Program-made: the position numbers and the translations under genes
The notes under the pieces: generated by a model
Told to the model about the DNA's origin: nothing
What the model saw: only the letters and a program-made list of their open reading frames with translations
The model's database searches: none
Shown: piece after piece, positions 51,887 through 53,402 of the stretch
How positions within the stretch are numbered: the first letter of the stretch is position 1
How the letters are laid out: each line of letters opens with the position of its first letter
Source of the DNA: Longimicrobiales bacterium
Lineage (GTDB): Bacteria > Gemmatimonadota > Gemmatimonadetes > Longimicrobiales > Gaopeijiaceae
Reading direction: 5' to 3'
Length of the DNA: 53,402 nt
NCBI GenBank assembly: GCA_965197725.1
Contig: CBDANQ010000045.1
Location: 1-53,402 of the forward strand

Positions 51887-52142
51887 GTCACATAACGCCT
51901 GACTCAAGCTCTCGCCTTCGATACCCAACATCGAACCCTCGTAGACATATCTGGTGGATATGCCACTCAGGTTCGCCGGCCTGGCGGGCCGGCTCGCTAC
52001 CGTGGGGTTCGATGCTGGACCTCCGCGCTGTCGCGCTCTGGCTCCTCTGGTCTTACGATGACCAACGGTTCGGCCGCTTCGCGGACACTCCGGTGAGCTG
52101 CGCTCACCTCCGCGTCTTGAGTCAGTGAGCCCGTTATGTGAC
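51887..52142 (+). other. Long attC-like imperfect palindrome (256 bp)
   Basis: GTCACATAAC(51887-96)/GTTATGTGAC(52133-42) and TGACTCAAG(51900-08)/CTTGAGTCA(52116-24) are perfect complements, with several internal hairpins between them. Confidence 0.65.
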
Positions 52143-52342
52143 ATGACTTCTGAAGGTGTCCGGCTGAGCAGCCATATTTTGCCGAGCTCCCAGCCACAAA
52201 CGACGCTACCGACCTCACGCTTATCAGGCACCCACGCGACTGACCCAATCTGAGCAACCTGCCTGAAAAATCAGCCAAAACACGCGGTAGCCCGCGCAGC
52301 CTGCACATCCACTCTGCTCCGAAAGGGCAGCCTGACGTCTCT

Positions 52343-52555
52343 TGTTAGCGGCCTTCCAATATTGCACACATGTGGCCATCGAAAATTGCACACTTGGCGC
52401 TTTGACCTAGCGGGCGGGAGAGTGGGGATGTAGGCACCACCCCGAGCGATCTTCCGGCCGATCCACTCACTTGGCGCCTCCACCGAGAACGTGGAGGTGC
52501 AATGATCGGAAGGGAGAAGCGCGTGCTGCTCCGTCATTACCTCGAGCAGGGGATG
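52343..52555 (+). mobile_element. IS21-family element left end with truncated istA start
   Basis: TGT terminus; two ~20-bp repeats GGCCTTCCAATATTGCACAC (52350) and GGCCATCGAAAATTGCACAC (52374); GGAGG RBS and MIGREKRVLLRHYLEQGM (52502-52555). Confidence 0.75.
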
Positions 52556-53402
52556 TGACCTAGCCCCCTGAAACGAGACCAGGTCCAGTGTTAGAATCTG
52601 GGCGGGTCGAGACCGGGAGGAGGTCGAGATGGCAGCACGGAAGAACTACACGGCAGCGCAGATCATCAACGGGCTACGGCGGGCGGAAGTGGGGCTCGCC
52701 AACGGGAAGTCGCTGAAAGAGGTGATCCGGGATCTAGGGGTGAGCGAGCAGACGTACTACCGGTGGCGGAGGGAGTACGGGGGGGATGAAGACGAGTCAG
52801 GCGAAGCGTCTGAAGGAGCTCGAGAAGGAGAACCATCGACTGAAGCGGGCGGTGGCCGATCTGACGGTGGACAAGATGATCCTGAAGGAAGCGTCAAAGG
52901 GAAACTTCTAAGCCCCGAGCGGCGGAGGCGCTGTGTGGTGCGGGTCCAGCAGCGGCTCGGGGTGAGCGAGAGGCGAGCGTGCGAGGTGTTGGGCCAGGCT
53001 CGATCGACACAACGGAGGAGTCGGAAGAGAGGGGCTGATGAAGCGGCGCTACGAGCGGACGTGGTCAAGGTGGCGGGTCGGTTCGGTCGCTACGGGTACC
53101 GGATGGTTACAGGGATGTTGAGGGCGGAGGGCTGGGTGGTGAACCACAAGCGGGTGGAGCGGATCTGGAGAGAGGAGGGCCTGAAAGTGCCCAAGAAACA
53201 GCCCAAACGGGGCCGGCTCTGGTTGACGGACGGCTCATGCATCCGGCTTCGACCCTTGTACCGCCATCACGTCTGGGCGTATGACTTCGTGGCGGATCGG
53301 ACGCACGACGGTCGGCCGCTGAAGATGCTGACGGTGTTGGATGAATACAGCCGGGAGTGTCTGGCGATCGTAGTGGCCCGAAGGCTCAGGGCGGACGATG
53401 TG
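52556..53402 (+). mobile_element. IS3-family (IS407-like) insertion sequence, runs off the window end
   Basis: TGACCTAGCCCCC left end; orfA 52629-52911 (EQTYYRWR..YGG, RLKELEKEN; extra G at 52779-85); slippery AAAGGGAAAC at 52896-52905; orfB VSERRAC, YGYR, VNHKRV.R.W, WAYDF, LDEYSREC. Confidence 0.92.

Overview
A high-GC bacterial region whose gene content resembles Gemmatimonadota (inference). It is joined at ~334 to a short AT-richer stretch that looks like a decayed eukaryotic Tc1/IS630-type transposase, suggesting a host-symbiont chimera or an insertion. Respiratory genes: an A1-type heme-copper cytochrome c oxidase operon (with a di-heme/heme-b cytochrome, a cupredoxin-like lipoprotein, an HmuY-like protein, SCO and CtaG), ETF-QO, and an alternative complex III operon (actA-F). 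Other genes: mutY, ggt, lon, ygfZ-like, ypdA, MoxR/DUF58/transglutaminase, an AAA+/VWA pair, and an orphan luxE-luxC-like pair. Two selenoprotein genes missed by the ORF track (SelD with GUACK; a lipoprotein peroxiredoxin-like protein with WUPYC) each have an in-frame UGA followed by a SECIS-like hairpin. The right end carries a tyrosine recombinase lacking the IntI insertion, followed by an attI-like core, one co-oriented cassette-like ORF and a 256-bp branched attC-like palindrome (candidate non-canonical integron). Beyond that is an IS21 left end interrupted by an IS3-family element. Several single-base frameshifts in otherwise intact genes look like long-read errors. No rRNA, tRNA or CRISPR array was seen.
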